Source: a virus (taxonomy: Duplodnaviria; Caudoviricetes). From it: a stretch of 64,000 nucleotides of DNA. The notes beneath the pieces were generated by a model that saw only the letters and a program-made list of their open reading frames with translations, had not been told where the DNA came from and did not search any database. The stretch covers positions 32,001 to 96,000 of the IMG/VR virus record IMGVR_UViG_3300027917_000018; one strand, given 5' to 3'. The position numbers were made by a program, and so were the translations under genes. Shown piece after piece: positions 62,801 to 64,000 of the stretch; position 1 is the first letter of the stretch; the number at the start of each line of letters is the position of its first letter.

Positions 62801-64000
62801 GTGCCCGGCCAGCCCAGCGTGGCCTTCAGCGGCACGTTCCGGGATCAGGCTGGCCTCGGGGCCGACGACCTCAATCCGTACGTCAACCCACACGACCCGG
62901 ACAATTTCCGAACCCAATTCAGCCGGATTGACTACGACACGGTTTTCAATCCCGGCTGGGCGATTTACAACGCGGGCCTGGTTCAGGGCGTTTTGGTCGC
63001 CGACCCGGACAAGTTCGGCGGGGCCTACCACACCGAGAACCTGGTGGGCTGGCTGCCGTTTAACGAGCACCCGCTTGATGACCTCACTGTCACGGATCAC
63101 GCCCGCACGCTGGCTGTGAGCCAGTTTCTGAACGCAGCACCCGAGGACCGCGTTTGGGACGACACCTTTGGGTGGGTCCTCTACATGCGGCCCGGTGCCA
63201 CACTTCAGGTTTTCGCCGACCGGGAGATGACGACCGAGGGGCTGATGACCTTCTGGATCAACGTGGACTCGACCACAACCGGCCCCACACAGGAAATCAT
63301 CTTTGAGTTCGGCCCGATGCGCTGGACGTTGGACGCCGGGGCCAACCAGATCACGTCCTGGGGCAATGTTCCTGGGGTTGGCTGGACGGTTAGCTCCAAC
63401 TACCCTGTGACGCCCGGCCAATGGCATCTGTTCGGTATGGGATTCACCACGACCGCCGACGTGTTCCTCGATGGCGACCTGTCATCGTTCAACTATTCGG
63501 CGCTCGGCGGAGGCGGCCTGGTGGCCACAACCGACGACACGGTTCTGTCGCTGTCCGGCAAGTCGCGGCGCTACAAGATTCACGACCTGCGCATTTGGAC
63601 CGAGGTCAAGACCTACGGTCAGATGGAGCTGGTCCACAACTACCAGCCGAGGCCGACGCAAACCCTTTACAGCCTGGGCCACATTCTGGCCGCCAACGAT
63701 GGCGACCGGTTTGGGCTGAAAGTGCTGCCCCGTGGCTGGCTGGTTCCAGCACAGCTTCCGGCCTGGGTTCGCACGCCCAAGTACGCCCGCGTGGAGCGCT
63801 ACGACGGCGGCGGGGAATACCAGGGCGAGGCGCGTTTTAAGGAGGTCGGGCTCGGCGGCGGACAGATGCCTCCCTACAATTGGCAATTGGGCACGCAGGG
63901 GCCGACTTTGACCGGCGCTGGGACTGTGGTGGTAAGCACGCAGATCGGCGCGTACCCCGGCACGAACGCCTACTGGGGCAAAGATTCGATTCCCGGCACC
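59837..64000 (+). CDS. Large baseplate/tail protein (partial, at least 1388 aa) with embedded purple-acid-phosphatase and LamG domains
   Basis: Translated by hand with no stop to the window end; N-terminal LLDYLA.NVG...KFKGT wedge motif; metallophosphoesterase at about 61670-62510; LamG-like at about 63040-63650; TAGTTA 8 nt upstream. Confidence 0.8.
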   Translation, partial: MSLINLTEDFLYDRLPEGLIQLDERGLIQAVLGGFQDRIEDLRFYAKRFQSFYTPIPEALYRPNVVLVTYRTDQGRDITRSIDLETETPQDGTSDLLVWAATQLNVDTDRVSNARYGVDPLRDIEPSLLDYLATNVGAVLYASAILKESPSVTTSTGTLTAANYAYSKLLETYFPRLKFKGTAKSFEALGKLLGWDDVRVTPLWGRVSPRLPNDPGSDVNDPDFSEMPEFWPQQTIGPFYDPLDQADGPFYDWTGTASAGTASTKFYSQVVNGFQPYVEVLVTGTASGTVIQHPSSGSYVLADGAPHQKAMVDAGDIQFRALGEGESYNGVTVTVFDVVDADLRGVNVDGRLSSIKYRTSFYNLGLTITSEKAQAVFGTLTAKANKDLAVAPHEYQSFVGNLTAVSPYRPFTSGTVALDTLTTDWLTPFTGTISTYTERREAGLGDRQENWDDLSRAGAQATQALEEVRAATRRPRVSSFGYLQKDQVGYAPYPAQDCLFTLYGSIVAGTYHGTFSTYPLPPYYADVGYVSGGFVTVFDAGTNPAFPGIVTYQNCADGGTIAGTIGYTGTGTNSYLFTATGTWPQWGTVCALFTVTDTEVVRPEPFSWSTGTTVLAALADYGLAGTNHDEVAALINSWSPQAVVAMGDNNYPDGQAATIAANNVGYESYIVSDRFFPAIGNHDYCCSSTGTDLTPHLTYFFDGTAPGEGGRYYSRRIGNVEIFCLNAGWNSSQAAAAVGDPYYVTTQEPSGNSLTSTQALWLKQALQESTATWKIVYSHYPPYASETTTNNYAPGYPRLRWPFKAWGADLYLAGHVHAYERLEVDGLTYITCGVGGAGNRVFDGYVSPGSVVRYAPLGATTEHGALRIFATGQGLQIDFILDTGQVIDRVFLDATKKYLARPEDEIDDDEVYGTADMYPWRRDIVGNGELVEQDYYTAGTNNLAVSILEKTMTVPDQTGAEYDVYAIKGQEPYRLVAALRATSPASDYVPGQPSVAFSGTFRDQAGLGADDLNPYVNPHDPDNFRTQFSRIDYDTVFNPGWAIYNAGLVQGVLVADPDKFGGAYHTENLVGWLPFNEHPLDDLTVTDHARTLAVSQFLNAAPEDRVWDDTFGWVLYMRPGATLQVFADREMTTEGLMTFWINVDSTTTGPTQEIIFEFGPMRWTLDAGANQITSWGNVPGVGWTVSSNYPVTPGQWHLFGMGFTTTADVFLDGDLSSFNYSALGGGGLVATTDDTVLSLSGKSRRYKIHDLRIWTEVKTYGQMELVHNYQPRPTQTLYSLGHILAANDGDRFGLKVLPRGWLVPAQLPAWVRTPKYARVERYDGGGEYQGEARFKEVGLGGGQMPPYNWQLGTQGPTLTGAGTVVVSTQIGAYPGTNAYWGKDSIPGT

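Noticed and set aside
63975-64000. TTCGATTCCC resembling a tRNA T-arm
   Set aside because: Lies in the open frame of the large baseplate gene; no acceptor, D or anticodon arms can be built
1-64000. Alternative genetic code (stop-codon reassignment as in some jumbo phages)
   Set aside because: Recognisable genes are full length in code 11, and TAA, TAG and TGA all end genes at sensible places
1-64000. CRISPR array, IS element or diversity-generating retroelement
   Set aside because: No regularly spaced repeats, transposase, reverse transcriptase or template/variable repeat pair was seen by eye

Overview
A gene-dense, GC-rich (about 60-63% by eye) segment of a large, T4-like contractile-tailed (jumbo) phage genome, read in the standard genetic code. 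No tRNA, rRNA, CRISPR array or transposon was seen. Virion genes (tape measure, hub, neck/terminator, sheath, tube, spike, gp25/gp26-like baseplate proteins, portal, fibres) are interleaved on both strands with replication and recombination genes (SbcC/gp46, SbcD/gp47, 5'-3' exonuclease, primase, UvsW-like helicase, HTH initiator-like protein). A leftward cluster of small early-type genes at 45.9-52.1 kb sits behind a sigma70-like promoter. Main oddities: (1) an ORF of at least 1388 aa missing from the ORF track (59837 to the window end), a baseplate-type protein with an intact purple-acid-phosphatase domain and a LamG domain inserted; (2) a six-gene glycosyltransferase/O-methyltransferase island plus an orphan GT9 with a DnaJ-type zinc finger; (3) a hidden +1-frame extension of the gp26-like gene at a T6 run; (4) two motifs (TAGTTA, GTTCTW) 4-8 nt before start codons, implying two promoter classes with leaderless transcripts; (5) a shared N-terminal A-x-x-L-L/I-E tag on late proteins, including an Acb1-like 2H phosphodiesterase and a PDZ protein; (6) strong over-representation of GTAAAC/TTCGTTTACG. 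All family assignments come from motif recognition by eye; no database searches were run.
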